A stretch of 64,000 bases of DNA, taken from NCBI GenBank assembly GCA_963759175.1, contig CAVWXP010000019.1, positions 49,749 through 113,748 on the forward strand. Direction: 5' to 3'. Under the pieces are notes generated by a model. That model was not told the DNA's origin and made no database searches. It saw only the letters and a list, made by a program, of their open reading frames with translations. The position numbers were made by a program, and so were the translations under genes. The number at the start of each line of letters is the position of its first letter. The first letter of the stretch is position 1. This stretch comes from an uncultured Acidimicrobiia bacterium (lineage in GTDB: Bacteria > Actinomycetota > Acidimicrobiia > Spongiisociales > UBA5794). Of this stretch, positions 34,016 through 44,360 are shown piece by piece.

Positions 34016-34945
34016 TTACAGGAGGCTCTCGAGGTCGTACAGCGTCGACGGGTGCCGAAGCTTGCCGAGCGCCCTCGTCTCGATCTGCCGCACCCGCTCC
34101 CGCGTGATGCCCAGTGTCGAGCCGACGTCGGACAACGTGCGAGGAGGCTCGGCGTCGAGGCCGTAGCGGAGCACCAGGACGATCTGTTCGCGCTCGTCGA
34201 GCGTGCCGAGTGCCAGGACGAGGTGTTCCCTGCGACTTGCATTCGCAACACGGGTGAACGGGTCCTCGCTCGACTCGTCGTGGACGAAGTCCCCGAGCTC
34301 GGCGTCGCCCTCGTCGCCGACCTTGCGATCGAGCGACACCGTGTCACCCGGCGCGTTCAGCGCCACGAGGATCTTCTCCTCGTCGAGGCCGCTGACCTCG
34401 GCGATCTCTGCGATCGTCGGCACCCGACGCAACTGTTCGTGGAGGGACAATTCGGCCTCTTGCACCGTCCTCACCACATCGACCATGTGCACCGGCAGGC
34501 GGATCGTGCGTCCGTGATTCCCCAGCCCGCGGGTGATGGCCTGGCGGATCCACCAGGTCGCATAGGTCGAGAACTTGAAGCCCTTTCGCCAGTCGAACTT
34601 CTCGACTGCTCGGATGAGGCCGAGGTTGCCCTCCTGGATGAGGTCGAGGAGGTCGAGGCCACGGCCGGTGTACCGCTTGGCGATGGAGATCACGAGGCGC
34701 AGGTTGGACCGGATGAACTGCTGCTTGGCGTGGTCGGCCTGGCGGACATATCGGACGAGCTCGACCCGCCGATCCGCCGCGATGTCCCCCTCGCTCGCCA
34801 GCGCCTCCTCTGCCATCCGCCCACGCTCGATGGCTCGCGCGAGCCGGACTTCGTCCTCTGCGGTCAACAGGTCATGGGAAGCGACCGATTCGAGATACAG
34901 CCCGATCGCGTCGGCGACCGCTGAATCCCGTGCAGCGTCCGGCAT
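34016..34945 (-). CDS. RNA polymerase sigma-70 factor, group 2 (SigB-like, no region 1.1)
   Basis: NLRLVISIAKRY, DLIQEGNLGLIRAVEKFD, FSTYATWWIRQAI, TRERVRQIE; 309 aa. Confidence 0.93.
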   Translation of the reverse strand: MPDAARDSAVADAIGLYLESVASHDLLTAEDEVRLARAIERGRMAEEALASEGDIAADRRVELVRYVRQADHAKQQFIRSNLRLVISIAKRYTGRGLDLLDLIQEGNLGLIRAVEKFDWRKGFKFSTYATWWIRQAITRGLGNHGRTIRLPVHMVDVVRTVQEAELSLHEQLRRVPTIAEIAEVSGLDEEKILVALNAPGDTVSLDRKVGDEGDAELGDFVHDESSEDPFTRVANASRREHLVLALGTLDEREQIVLVLRYGLDAEPPRTLSDVGSTLGITRERVRQIETRALGKLRHPSTLYDLESLL

Positions 34946-35069
34946 TGCGACCCCCCGTCGTACTGCGCCCGTGTCGTGTGGCCAGCTCTTCGAAGGTATC
35001 ACCGCACGACCAGTGTGGCAAGCGAGTTGTACCCTTCCCATGGACCCCTTCCCCGTCGTTCGGACACCC

Positions 35070-36563
35070 ATGGCCATCCGTGTACCCATCGCCCTCCTCA
35101 TCGGCGCCTTCGTGCTCGCCGGATGCTCGGGCACCCTGGGCGTATCGCCGGGCGATGCCGTGGTCAGCCCCGATCGCGGCGTCCCGGATCTGGCCGTGGT
35201 CGTCCTCGCCGCCGACGACCTCGTGGCCATCGATGCCTCCGTGACGGCCGACGGCGAGCCCGTCGCCGAGGTCGACGGCACACCGGTGATCGGATGGGAG
35301 AACCGGCCCGTCACCATCGACGTCTCGGCTCCGGGGTTCGAACCGTGGATGTTCACGGTCGAGGAGTACCCGGAGAACGGCACCATCGAGTTCCGACTCG
35401 AACCCGTGGTGCTCTCGGGCGTCGTCACCACGGACGGCGGTCGGCCGCTCCCCGGCGTGTCGGTCTCGCTCGGTTCGGCGAGGGACACGACGGACAACGA
35501 GGGGCGCTACGCCCTCGAACGCGCCACCGCCGGAACGATCAGCCTCGAGCGCCCCGCCTGGGAGCCCATCGAGTTCCCGTGGGACGGGGACATCAGCCAG
35601 TTCGACATGGCCATGAATCCCACGGTCATCCGCGCCATGCGGGCCTCGGCCGAGGACATCCTCGATGGCGAGCGATGGGACACGATCTTGTCGCTCGCAT
35701 CGATCTCGGACGTCAACGGCGTCGTGGTCGATCTCAAGACCGAGGACGGCACCGTCGTCTACCCGACCGAGATCGAGATCGCCAATGCGATCGGCGCCGT
35801 GAGTCCATATTTCGACGCCAGGGACGTGGTCGCCGATGCGGCGGCGAACGATCTGTACCTGATCGGACGCATCGGGGTCTTCCAGGACGACTTCTACGCT
35901 GCTGCCGAACCCGAGGCAGCGGTCGTGACCGAGCAGGGGTCGCTGTGGCGATCGCGCAACGGATTCGCATGGCTGGACCCCACCGATCCTGCCTCGTACG
36001 AGTACGCGATCGCCCTCGCCGAGGAGGCGTGCCGCCTCGGTTTCGACGAGATCCAGTTCGACTACGTCTCGTTCCCCTTCGGTGGCGACGTGTCGACGGC
36101 CACCTTCGATGGTGCCTACAACCAGGAGGTACGGGTGGCCTCGATCGCCGCCTTCTTGTCCCGCGCCTATGCGATTCTCCATCCCATGCGGTGTGCGGTG
36201 TCGTCGACCGTCCTCGGCATCGTCCTCGAATCGGGCGCCGATGAGGGGGTCGGCCAACGGCCCGGCACGATGTCGCGGATCGTCGATGTCCTGGTACCCA
36301 CGCTCTACTCGACCAACTACGGCGCCGGGTGGAAGGGCTTCGAGGACCCGGACGAGCACGCCGTCGAGATCGTCGACACCGCGCTCGCCGGTGGTCGTGG
36401 AAAGCTCGACGGATACGGATACCTGCGACCGTGGCTCCAGACATGGGCGATCACCGCAGCAGACCAGCGCGCCGTACAGTCCGTCGTGAGCGACGCCGGA
36501 CACGGATGGCAACTGTGGAGCAACAACGCGGACTACTCGGCGGACGCCCTCCCGCCTCGCTGA
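35070..36563 (+). CDS. Lipoprotein with putative glycoside hydrolase (DUF4015-like) domain
   Basis: Lipobox LAGC, beta-sandwich segment, [31 protein letters not shown]. Confidence 0.8.
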   Translation: MAIRVPIALLIGAFVLAGCSGTLGVSPGDAVVSPDRGVPDLAVVVLAADDLVAIDASVTADGEPVAEVDGTPVIGWENRPVTIDVSAPGFEPWMFTVEEYPENGTIEFRLEPVVLSGVVTTDGGRPLPGVSVSLGSARDTTDNEGRYALERATAGTISLERPAWEPIEFPWDGDISQFDMAMNPTVIRAMRASAEDILDGERWDTILSLASISDVNGVVVDLKTEDGTVVYPTEIEIANAIGAVSPYFDARDVVADAAANDLYLIGRIGVFQDDFYAAAEPEAAVVTEQGSLWRSRNGFAWLDPTDPASYEYAIALAEEACRLGFDEIQFDYVSFPFGGDVSTATFDGAYNQEVRVASIAAFLSRAYAILHPMRCAVSSTVLGIVLESGADEGVGQRPGTMSRIVDVLVPTLYSTNYGAGWKGFEDPDEHAVEIVDTALAGGRGKLDGYGYLRPWLQTWAITAADQRAVQSVVSDAGHGWQLWSNNADYSADALPPR

Positions 36564-37234
36564 TCGAGCTCGAGTCCGCCGTGGTCGGTTGCCGGGCGTG
36601 CCCGCGCCTCGTGGCGTGGCGGGAAGAGGTCGCTCGAACGAAGCGGGCATCGTTTGCCGACGACGACTATTGGGGCAGGCCCGTTCCCGGCTTCGGTGAT
36701 CCCGACGCCCGGATCGTGGTCGTGGGCCTTGCGCCTGCGGCGCACGGGGCCAATCGGACGGGCCGCATGTTCACGGGGGATCGGTCCGGGGACTGGTTGT
36801 ACCGCGCCTTGCATCGTGCCGGACTCGCCTCCCAGCCCACCTCCACCCACGAGGGTGACGGCCTGAGCTTGACCAACGCATTCGTCACGGCGCCTGTTCG
36901 GTGCGCACCGCCGGGGAACCAGCCGACGCCCGTCGAGCGCGATACATGCTCGGAATGGTTCGACGCCGAGCTCGATCTCCTCCCGAACGCAACGGTGTTC
37001 GTCGTCCTCGGCCAGTTCGCGTTCCACGCCATGTGGTCACATTTGCGTCGACGGGGGGTGACGCTCCCTCGACCCCGTCCGGCGTTCCGACACGGTGACG
37101 AGATCGACATCGGTGGCTCGACGATCCTCATGAGCTACCACGTGTCCCAGCAGAACACGTTCACCGGGAGACTGACGGAGCCGATGCTCGATGCCGTGTT
37201 CGCCCGGGCCACGGAGCGGGCGTCGACACCGTGA
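36506..37234 (+). CDS. udgB: Uracil-DNA glycosylase family 5 (4Fe-4S); start uncertain
   Basis: [41 protein letters not shown]. Confidence 0.9.
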   Translation: MATVEQQRGLLGGRPPASLIELESAVVGCRACPRLVAWREEVARTKRASFADDDYWGRPVPGFGDPDARIVVVGLAPAAHGANRTGRMFTGDRSGDWLYRALHRAGLASQPTSTHEGDGLSLTNAFVTAPVRCAPPGNQPTPVERDTCSEWFDAELDLLPNATVFVVLGQFAFHAMWSHLRRRGVTLPRPRPAFRHGDEIDIGGSTILMSYHVSQQNTFTGRLTEPMLDAVFARATERASTP

Positions 37235-37246
37235 CGAACGCGATCG

Positions 37247-37864
37247 TCAGCGAGGCGTGAGATCGGCGTCGGGGGTGCGCATGTCACGTTCCCAGGCGGC
37301 GGCGATGTAGGGATACGGATTCACCTTCGTTCCCTCGAACGACATCTCGAAGTGGGTGTGCGGCTGGGTGCCCTCGGCGTTGCCCGAGTCCCCGACGTAG
37401 CCGATGACCTGGCCCGCGACGACATCGGTTCCGATGGTGATGAGGGGGTGGATGGCGGTCCAGACGCCACCGGCACCGTCATCGGTCCCGAGGGTGTCGT
37501 TGTTGAGGTGCATGTAGGTCGTCATCCAGCCATCGCCGTGGTCGATGCGCAGGTACAGGCCAGAGAGGCGCTGATCGCCGAAGTCCGTGACCGTGCCATC
37601 GGCGACCGCGCGGATCTCGGTGCCCCTGGGGCTGAGGATGTCGATGCCCCTATGGCGGCGACCGCCCGATCGGCGTGCACCCCACGAGTCCCAGAACGAC
37701 ACGGCGGTCGTATCGTGCGGGAAGACACGGACGATGAAGGTGGGCCGGTCGTCGACAGGATCGACCTCGGCCCCGGCGGGCGTCGAGGACGCCTGGGCGA
37801 GAACGAGTGACACGGCGAGCGCCATGGTGGCGCCGGCCGCGCGAAGGAATCTGGTAGCGGGCAT
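37247..37864 (-). CDS. Secreted M23 family metallopeptidase
   Basis: Signal peptide, HRGID, YMHL, GYVGDSGNA, PHTHFE; GAGGAGG RBS. Confidence 0.9.
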   Translation of the reverse strand: MPATRFLRAAGATMALAVSLVLAQASSTPAGAEVDPVDDRPTFIVRVFPHDTTAVSFWDSWGARRSGGRRHRGIDILSPRGTEIRAVADGTVTDFGDQRLSGLYLRIDHGDGWMTTYMHLNNDTLGTDDGAGGVWTAIHPLITIGTDVVAGQVIGYVGDSGNAEGTQPHTHFEMSFEGTKVNPYPYIAAAWERDMRTPDADLTPR

Positions 37865-38069
37865 GGTGTGTGACCTCCTCGGCCGTATCGGGTCCTGGTC
37901 CCAACGGCACGATCTGATCGAGCGGGGAACCGTAGGTACACGTCCTCGATAGCGCCACCGAGATTCCCCTACGGTCATGGTGGAAACCGTCATCGTGGGA
38001 TCGGTCCGCCGGTATCCTGCGCCCGAACCGACTCGCAACCCTCCCATTCGCAACTACCGAAGGAACGCT

Positions 38070-39266
38070 GTGGACACTGCAACGATCGGCGCCTCAGACG
38101 CCACCTGGATGGCCGAGCGTCGGGCCGAGGCCACTGGTGCGCTCGAAGCCCTCGCCATGCCCTCGACACGCGACGAGATCTGGCGATACCTCGACCTGGA
38201 TTTCGATCCGGCCCTCGGATCCGCTCGTGTCGAACCGGGGACCCCCGGACCTGTCGATTCCGTCGTGGCGTCGTGGACGGGCCGAACCGTGACCGTCGTC
38301 GATGGGTTCGTCACGGACGCAGACATCCCCACCGTCGCTTCGTCGCACGAGCCGATCGGGCTCACCAAGGGCGATGACCTGTTCACCACCGCCTACACGG
38401 CGCTGTCGCCGGGCGCGGCGCTCTTGGGCGGCGACCTCCTCGCTTCGCCCATCCTCGTCGATGTGCAGGCCACCGGGAGCGACACGACGTTCCCGGGTGT
38501 TCACGTCGAGGTCCCGGCCGGATCCGACGCCGCCGTGACGGTCCGCTATCGCTCGACCACCGATGCCGAATCGACCGTCGTCCCCACCCTGACCGCCCAC
38601 GTGGGTGCGAACGCCCGGCTGTCGCTGACGATCATCCAGGACTGGAACTACCGGACCCGCGCCCTCGGCAGGGGCATCGTCGAGCTCGCGAGGGACGCCA
38701 GCGCCGTGATCTCGGAGATCGGACTCGGTGCGCATCTCGGGCGCCTCCACCTCGACGTGGACTTCGAGGGCGACGGCTCCCATGCGAAGGTGTACGGCGC
38801 ATACTTCGGCGAGGAGGACCAGACGCTCGACTATCGGTACTTCATGAACCACATCGGTCGCAACACGCGCTGTGACATGTTCCTGAAGGGCGCCGTCGAG
38901 GACCAGGCCCTGTCCGTGTTCACCGGGCTCATCCGGATCGAGGAATCAGGCCAGAAGACGGAGTCGTTCCAAACGAACCGCAACCTCATCCTGTCGCACG
39001 GTGCGTCCGCCCAATCCGTGCCGAATCTCGAGATCCTGGCGAACGACGTCAAGTGCGGTCACGGTTCGAGCGTTGGGCCGCTCGACGACGAGCAGCGGTA
39101 CTACCTCACGAGCCGTGGCCTCACCACCGAGCGCGCCGATCGTCTCCAGGTCCACGGCTTCTTCGAGGAGGTCATCGCTGCCCTGCCCGACACCGGGGTC
39201 GCCGATTGGGTCCGATCCCGGATCAACGACAAGTACGTCACCGCCCAGGAAGAGGGCCGGGTATGA
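38070..39266 (+). CDS. sufD: Fe-S cluster assembly protein SufD
   Basis: EIWRY, FTGLIRI, TNRNLIL, SVPNLEILANDVKCGHG, YYLTSRGL. Confidence 0.92.
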   Translation: MDTATIGASDATWMAERRAEATGALEALAMPSTRDEIWRYLDLDFDPALGSARVEPGTPGPVDSVVASWTGRTVTVVDGFVTDADIPTVASSHEPIGLTKGDDLFTTAYTALSPGAALLGGDLLASPILVDVQATGSDTTFPGVHVEVPAGSDAAVTVRYRSTTDAESTVVPTLTAHVGANARLSLTIIQDWNYRTRALGRGIVELARDASAVISEIGLGAHLGRLHLDVDFEGDGSHAKVYGAYFGEEDQTLDYRYFMNHIGRNTRCDMFLKGAVEDQALSVFTGLIRIEESGQKTESFQTNRNLILSHGASAQSVPNLEILANDVKCGHGSSVGPLDDEQRYYLTSRGLTTERADRLQVHGFFEEVIAALPDTGVADWVRSRINDKYVTAQEEGRV

Positions 39267-39586
39267 CCCGGGTGAGCGTCGGAACGCTCGATTCCCTGCC
39301 CGACGGCGCAGGCAAGGCCGTCGAGGTCGACGATGAACGCATTGCGGTGTTCCGGATCGGCGACAGCGTGTACGCACTGGCCGACCGGTGCAGCCACGCC
39401 GAGGCGTCGCTCGCCGAGGGTGAGGTGTTCGAAACGGAGGTCGAGTGTCCCAGGCACGGAGCGGGATTCGACATGACCACGGGGGCACCGTTGGCCCTCC
39501 CGGCCACCAAGCCGGTCGCGACCTATCCCGTCGAAGTCGTCGACGGCGAGGTCATCCTGACGATTCGAGAGGCATCAGATGAGTAA
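39263..39586 (+). CDS. Rieske-type ferredoxin
   Basis: CSH...CPRH Rieske ligands. Confidence 0.92.
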   Translation: MTRVSVGTLDSLPDGAGKAVEVDDERIAVFRIGDSVYALADRCSHAEASLAEGEVFETEVECPRHGAGFDMTTGAPLALPATKPVATYPVEVVDGEVILTIREASDE

Positions 39587-40307
39587 CGCATTGGTAGTCA
39601 GCAATCTCGAGGCCCGCATCGGTGACCTCCAGATCCTCCGGGGCGTCGACTTGACCGTTCCCTTCGGTGAGGTGCACGCGATCATGGGCCCCAACGGATC
39701 GGGGAAATCCACCCTGAGCCATGTCCTGATGGGCAAGTCGGACTACGAGGCCACCGGATCCGCTCTCGTCGACGGCGTCGAGATCATGGGTATGGCGACC
39801 GACGAGCGAGCCCGCGCCGGCCTCTACGAGGCGTTCCAGTATCCGACGGAGATCCCCGGGGTGACGCTCGACGATCTCACCGCCGAGATGGCTGCGTCGC
39901 ATCCCGACGACGACGGCTTCCCGTCACGGATCGATGCAGCCTCCGAGCGCCTGTCGATGGATCGGTTCCGTAGCCGGTCGGTGAACACCGGCCTGTCCGG
40001 CGGCGAGAAGAAGCGGTCGGAGATGTACCTCCTCGGCGTCGCGAACCCGAAGGTCGCGGTGCTCGATGAGATCGACTCGGGCCTCGACATCGATGCCGTG
40101 CGGGAGGTGGCCGCCATGGTCGAGAGCTTCCGGAGCCCGACCATCGGGGTCGTGCTCATCACGCACTACAGCCGCATCCTGAAGTACATCGACGTCGATC
40201 GCGTCCACGTGATGGTCGCGGGACGCATCGTGAAGTCAGGTGGTTCCGAGATCGCCGGAGAGCTCGAGGCTTCGGGCTACACCGAGTACCAGGTCGCTGC
40301 ACGGTAG
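39579..40307 (+). CDS. sufC: Fe-S cluster assembly ATPase SufC (paralogue 1)
   Basis: GPNGSGKS, FQYPTEIPGV, LSGGEKKR, LDEIDSGLD, ITHY. Confidence 0.92.
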   Translation: MSNALVVSNLEARIGDLQILRGVDLTVPFGEVHAIMGPNGSGKSTLSHVLMGKSDYEATGSALVDGVEIMGMATDERARAGLYEAFQYPTEIPGVTLDDLTAEMAASHPDDDGFPSRIDAASERLSMDRFRSRSVNTGLSGGEKKRSEMYLLGVANPKVAVLDEIDSGLDIDAVREVAAMVESFRSPTIGVVLITHYSRILKYIDVDRVHVMVAGRIVKSGGSEIAGELEASGYTEYQVAAR

Positions 40308-40309
40308 GT

Positions 40310-40345
40310 TCGTCGTCCTCGTCGTCCTCGTCGTCCTCGTCATCC
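40310..40345. repeat. 9-bp tandem repeat
   Basis: TCGTCGTCC x3 plus TCGTCATCC. Confidence 0.7.
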
Positions 40346-40382
40346 TCGGCGCCTCGTCGGCGGAGCGTGGGACAATGGAGCC

Positions 40383-41147
40383 ATGACCCCGGAAGTCGCG
40401 AGGCTCGCCAACCTCATTGCTGCGTCCCATCGCATCATGCTCGTCACGGGGGCCGGGATATCGACGGGATCGGGAATCCCCGACTATCGGGGTCCCGCCG
40501 GGGTATGGCAGACCCAGCGGCCGGTCGAGTTCCACGACTTCGTCGAGTCGGAGGACCGACGTGTCGAGTACTGGGACCAGAAGCTCGCATCGGCCCCATC
40601 GATCGAGGCGGCTTCGCCGGGTCCCGTGCACCGAGCAGCCGTCGCGCTCGAAGCGGCCGACAAGCTCGAGGCGGTCGTCACCCAGAACGTCGATGGTCTC
40701 CACACCGACGCCGGGACCTCGAGGTCCGTCCTGATCGAGGTCCACGGGACGGCGACCGAGGCAGCGTGCCTCGCATGCGGCGAACGGAGCCCGATTCGTC
40801 CCCACCTCGATGCGTTCGCAGCGACGCGGGTACCCCCGCGTTGTGATGCATGTGGTGGGTTGCTCAAGCCGGCGACGATCAGCTTCGGCCAGCAACTCGA
40901 TGCGTTGACGATGGCCCGCGCGAGCCAGGCTGCGGATCGGTGTGACCTCGTCGTGGCACTCGGGTCGACGCTGTCGGTGTACCCGGCGGCCGAGATCCCG
41001 CTGCGCGCAGCCGGGCGAGGGGTCCCCTACGCCATCATCAACCTCGGGCGCACCGACCACGATGGTCTCGCTGCCGTGTCGCTGCGCATCGAAGCCGACG
41101 TCGGCGCCGCATTCGGGGCGGCCGTCGAGGACGCGCTCGGCTCGTGA
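40383..41147 (+). CDS. cobB: Sir2 family NAD-dependent deacylase
   Basis: TGAGISTGSGIPDYRG, TQNVDGLH, EVHG, two CxxC pairs, GSTLSVYPAA. Confidence 0.92.
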   Translation: MTPEVARLANLIAASHRIMLVTGAGISTGSGIPDYRGPAGVWQTQRPVEFHDFVESEDRRVEYWDQKLASAPSIEAASPGPVHRAAVALEAADKLEAVVTQNVDGLHTDAGTSRSVLIEVHGTATEAACLACGERSPIRPHLDAFAATRVPPRCDACGGLLKPATISFGQQLDALTMARASQAADRCDLVVALGSTLSVYPAAEIPLRAAGRGVPYAIINLGRTDHDGLAAVSLRIEADVGAAFGAAVEDALGS

Positions 41148-41214
41148 GCGCGTCCCATGGACGATCCCGAATGCTCACTATCGTGACACCAGCCACCCTG
41201 CGATCGGAGGACCA

Positions 41215-42603
41215 ATGAGGAGCGAACGAGATTCGATGGGCGAGGTGCTGGTGCCCGATGGTGCGTACTACGGCGCATCGACCCAGCGGGCCGTCGACAA
41301 CTTCCCGATCTCGAACCTCCGCTTCGGGCGCACCTTCATCTGGGCGATGGGTCTCCTCAAGGCCTCCGCCGCCGTCACGAACAGGGGTAACGGATCGCTC
41401 GACGAGCAGAAGGCCGATGCGATCATCGCAGCGTCCGAGCAGGTGATGGCCGGGGATCTCGATGCACATTTCGTGGTCGACATCTTCCAGACGGGCTCCG
41501 GCACGTCCACCAACATGAATGCGAACGAGGTCATCGCCAACCGTGCGACCGAGATCCTCGGCGGCGACCTCGGCTCGCGACTCGTGCACCCCAACGATCA
41601 TGTGAACGCCGGTCAGTCCTCCAACGACACGATCCCCACCGCGATCCACGTCGCTGCGGTCGCTGGCATCGAGCAGAACCTCCTTCCCGCACTCGACGCC
41701 CTGGGCGATGCCCTGTCGGCGAAGGCTTCGGAGTTCGACGACGTGCTCAAGTCCGGACGCACCCACCTGATGGACGCAACACCCGTTCGGCTGGGGCAGG
41801 AGTTCGCCGGCTACGCGACACAGGTTCGCAACGGTGCAGCGCGGGTCCGCAAGGTCCTGCCCGAGCTCCTGGAGCTCGCACTCGGGGGGACTGCGGTCGG
41901 TACCGGCATCAACGCACCGGAAGGCTTCGCACGCGACACGATCGCGGAGATGTCCCGACGGTCGGGATATGCCTTCGTGGAGGCGCCGGACCACTTCGAG
42001 GCGCAGGCGGCGAAGGATGCGACGGTCAACGCCTCCGGTGCGCTCAAGACAGTGGCCGTCTCGCTGTTCAAGATCGCCAACGACCTGCGATGGATGTCGA
42101 GCGGTCCCCGCACGGGAATCGCAGAGATCACGCTGCCCTCACTCCAGCCTGGTAGCTCGATCATGCCGGGCAAGGTCAATCCGGTCATCGCCGAGATGGT
42201 GATGCAGGTCTCGTCGCAGGTGATCGGCAACGACGCCGCCATCACCTGGGGCGGAGCCAACGGCAACTTCGAGCTCAACGTCATGATGCCCCTCATTGCC
42301 CACAACCTCCTCGAGTCCGTCGACCTGCTTGCGACCGGTTCGACGGTGATGCGCGAGAAGATGGTCGATGGCATCGAAGCCGACGTGGAGCGCGCTCGGT
42401 GGCTCCTCGAGCAGAACGTGATCATCATCACCGCGCTCGTGCCGGTGATCGGCTACGACCGGTCGGCAGAGGTCGCGAAGAAGGCCTTCACCGAGGGAAG
42501 GGGTGTCCGCGAGGTCGCCCTGGAGATGGGCGTGCTACCCGCCGACGAGCTCGAGGCTGCGCTGGACCTGCGTCCGATGACCGAGGGTGGCGTCGTCGGC
42601 TGA
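41215..42603 (+). CDS. fumC: Class II fumarate hydratase
   Basis: ERDSMG, QTGSGTSTNMN, GRTHLMDA, GSSIMPGKVNP, GNFELN. Confidence 0.9.
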   Translation: MRSERDSMGEVLVPDGAYYGASTQRAVDNFPISNLRFGRTFIWAMGLLKASAAVTNRGNGSLDEQKADAIIAASEQVMAGDLDAHFVVDIFQTGSGTSTNMNANEVIANRATEILGGDLGSRLVHPNDHVNAGQSSNDTIPTAIHVAAVAGIEQNLLPALDALGDALSAKASEFDDVLKSGRTHLMDATPVRLGQEFAGYATQVRNGAARVRKVLPELLELALGGTAVGTGINAPEGFARDTIAEMSRRSGYAFVEAPDHFEAQAAKDATVNASGALKTVAVSLFKIANDLRWMSSGPRTGIAEITLPSLQPGSSIMPGKVNPVIAEMVMQVSSQVIGNDAAITWGGANGNFELNVMMPLIAHNLLESVDLLATGSTVMREKMVDGIEADVERARWLLEQNVIIITALVPVIGYDRSAEVAKKAFTEGRGVREVALEMGVLPADELEAALDLRPMTEGGVVG

Positions 42604-42623
42604 TCAAACCCGCCAGGGGTCGA

Positions 42624-43082
42624 TCAACCGCCGTTCCCCACATCGTCGAGCGCCGTGGAGAGGGTCGCCCACGCGAGGTCGGCGCATTTGATTCGGACCG
42701 GGAATTGGCGCACACCCTGGAGCGCTTCGAGGTCGCCGAGCACCGAACCCGGCCGCTCCGGGTCGATGGGGTCCTCGCCTTCCTCGATCGTCATCATGAT
42801 CTTGAACCGGTGGGTGAGGGCGCGGACATCGTCGACGGACATGCCGACGATGGCGTCCATCATCATCGATCCCGATGCCTGGGAGATCGAGCACCCCTGC
42901 CCCTGCATCGCAGCGTCGGTGACGACACCGTTCTCCACGACGATGTCGAGGGACAGTTCGTCACCACACGATGGGTTGTTGCCGTCGGCGTGCACGGCTC
43001 CGTCGCCGAGCGTGCCGCGACGCCGCGGATTGCGATAGTGATCAAGGATCACTTCGCGGTAGAGCTCTTCGAGTTGTGACAT
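42624..43082 (-). CDS. sufU: SUF system sulfur-transfer protein SufU
   Basis: LYREVILDHY, NPSCGD, GCSISQAS, FPVRIKCA. Confidence 0.95.
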   Translation of the reverse strand: MSQLEELYREVILDHYRNPRRRGTLGDGAVHADGNNPSCGDELSLDIVVENGVVTDAAMQGQGCSISQASGSMMMDAIVGMSVDDVRALTHRFKIMMTIEEGEDPIDPERPGSVLGDLEALQGVRQFPVRIKCADLAWATLSTALDDVGNGG

Positions 43083-43133
43083 GCGTGCTTCCTCGGTCGT
43101 GCGGGCTGGAGGATACGCCCCGTTGCGGTTCGT

Positions 43134-44360
43134 TCAGCCCAGTCCGAAGACCGTGCGAGCCGTCAGGAGCGATGCCACGAGTTGGTCGACGTCGGACCGA
43201 TCGTTGTAGAGGTACAGCGAGGCCCGGGCGGTCGCAGGGACGCCCAGGTACTTCATCAATGGACGTGCGCAGTGATGACCCGCACGGATGGCGACGCCGT
43301 CCTGGTCGACGATCGTGGCGAGGTCATGGGGGTGGATGTCGCCGAGCGTGAAGCTGACCGTTCCACCACGCCGCGTCTGGTCAGAGGGGCCGTAGACGGT
43401 GAGGTCCGGCACCTCGGCGAGGCGGGCGAGGGTGTAGGCGGTGAGGGAGCGTTCGTGTTCGACGACCGCGTCCATCCCCACGGCCGTCAGGTAGTCGACG
43501 GCTGCTCCGAATCCGATCGCCTCTGCGATCGGTGGCGTGCCCGCTTCGAACTTGTGTGGAACAGGCGCCCAGGTCGAGGAGAACCGCTCCACGACGTTGA
43601 TCATCTCGCCGCCTCCCTCGGCAGGCTCCATCTCGTCGAGGACCTCTGCTCGACCCCACATCGCACCGACGCCGGTCGGCCCCAGCATCTTGTGTGCGGA
43701 AAAGACCATGAAGTCGACGCCGAGATCGCCCACGTCCACGGCGGTGTGCGGAACGAGCTGTGCTCCGTCGAGCACGGTGATGGCCCCCACCGAACCTGCC
43801 GCCTCGACGACATCGGCGATCGGGCCGATGGCGCCGGTGACATTCGACATGCCGCCGAAAGCGACGATCTTGACGCGATCATCGATCACTCGTTCGAGAT
43901 CGGACGTATCGATGATGAAGTCGTCGTCGAGCTCGAGGTAGACCAGTTCGGCCCCGGTGTGGCGCGTCAGCAGTTGCCACGGGACGATGTTGGCATGGTG
44001 CTCCGCGATCGTCACGACGATGCGGTCGCCCTCGGAGAGGTGGTACATGCCCCAACCCTGGGCGATCTGGTTGATCGATGATGTCGCGCCGCGGCTGAAC
44101 GCGACCTGGGAGGCCGAGGCGCCGATGAAGCCGGCCACCTTGGTCCGTGCCGCCTCGTACGCCTCCGTCGCCTCGCCGGCGAGGGTGTGGGCGCCGCGGT
44201 GGACATTGGCGTTGTACCGGCGGTAGTAGTCGTCCATAGCCGCCAGGACGGAGTGGGGCTTCTGGGTCGTGGCAGCCGAATCGAGGTAGACGAGGGGGTG
44301 CCCGTTCACCTCCCGCTCGAGGATCGGGAAATCGCCGCGCAGGTCGCGCAGGCCACTCAC
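43134..44360 (-). CDS. sufS: SufS cysteine desulfurase
   Basis: YLDSAAT, ANVHRG, SAHKMLGP, RAGHHCA. Confidence 0.96.
   Translation of the reverse strand: MSGLRDLRGDFPILEREVNGHPLVYLDSAATTQKPHSVLAAMDDYYRRYNANVHRGAHTLAGEATEAYEAARTKVAGFIGASASQVAFSRGATSSINQIAQGWGMYHLSEGDRIVVTIAEHHANIVPWQLLTRHTGAELVYLELDDDFIIDTSDLERVIDDRVKIVAFGGMSNVTGAIGPIADVVEAAGSVGAITVLDGAQLVPHTAVDVGDLGVDFMVFSAHKMLGPTGVGAMWGRAEVLDEMEPAEGGGEMINVVERFSSTWAPVPHKFEAGTPPIAEAIGFGAAVDYLTAVGMDAVVEHERSLTAYTLARLAEVPDLTVYGPSDQTRRGGTVSFTLGDIHPHDLATIVDQDGVAIRAGHHCARPLMKYLGVPATARASLYLYNDRSDVDQLVASLLTARTVFGLG

Noticed and set aside
34575-36650. Long overlapping antisense or alternate-frame ORFs here and throughout (also 14595-16250, 31277-32779, 44462-46171)
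   Set aside because: Typical high-GC shadow ORFs with no recognisable motifs, opposite well-supported genes
33308-37234. nucS plus udgB considered as a defence or novel repair system
   Set aside because: Both are standard actinobacterial repair genes, separated by unrelated genes in different transcription units
40310-40345. 9-bp tandem repeat as a phase-variation switch
   Set aside because: Intergenic, four copies, upstream of the cobB -10 region; no evidence of function
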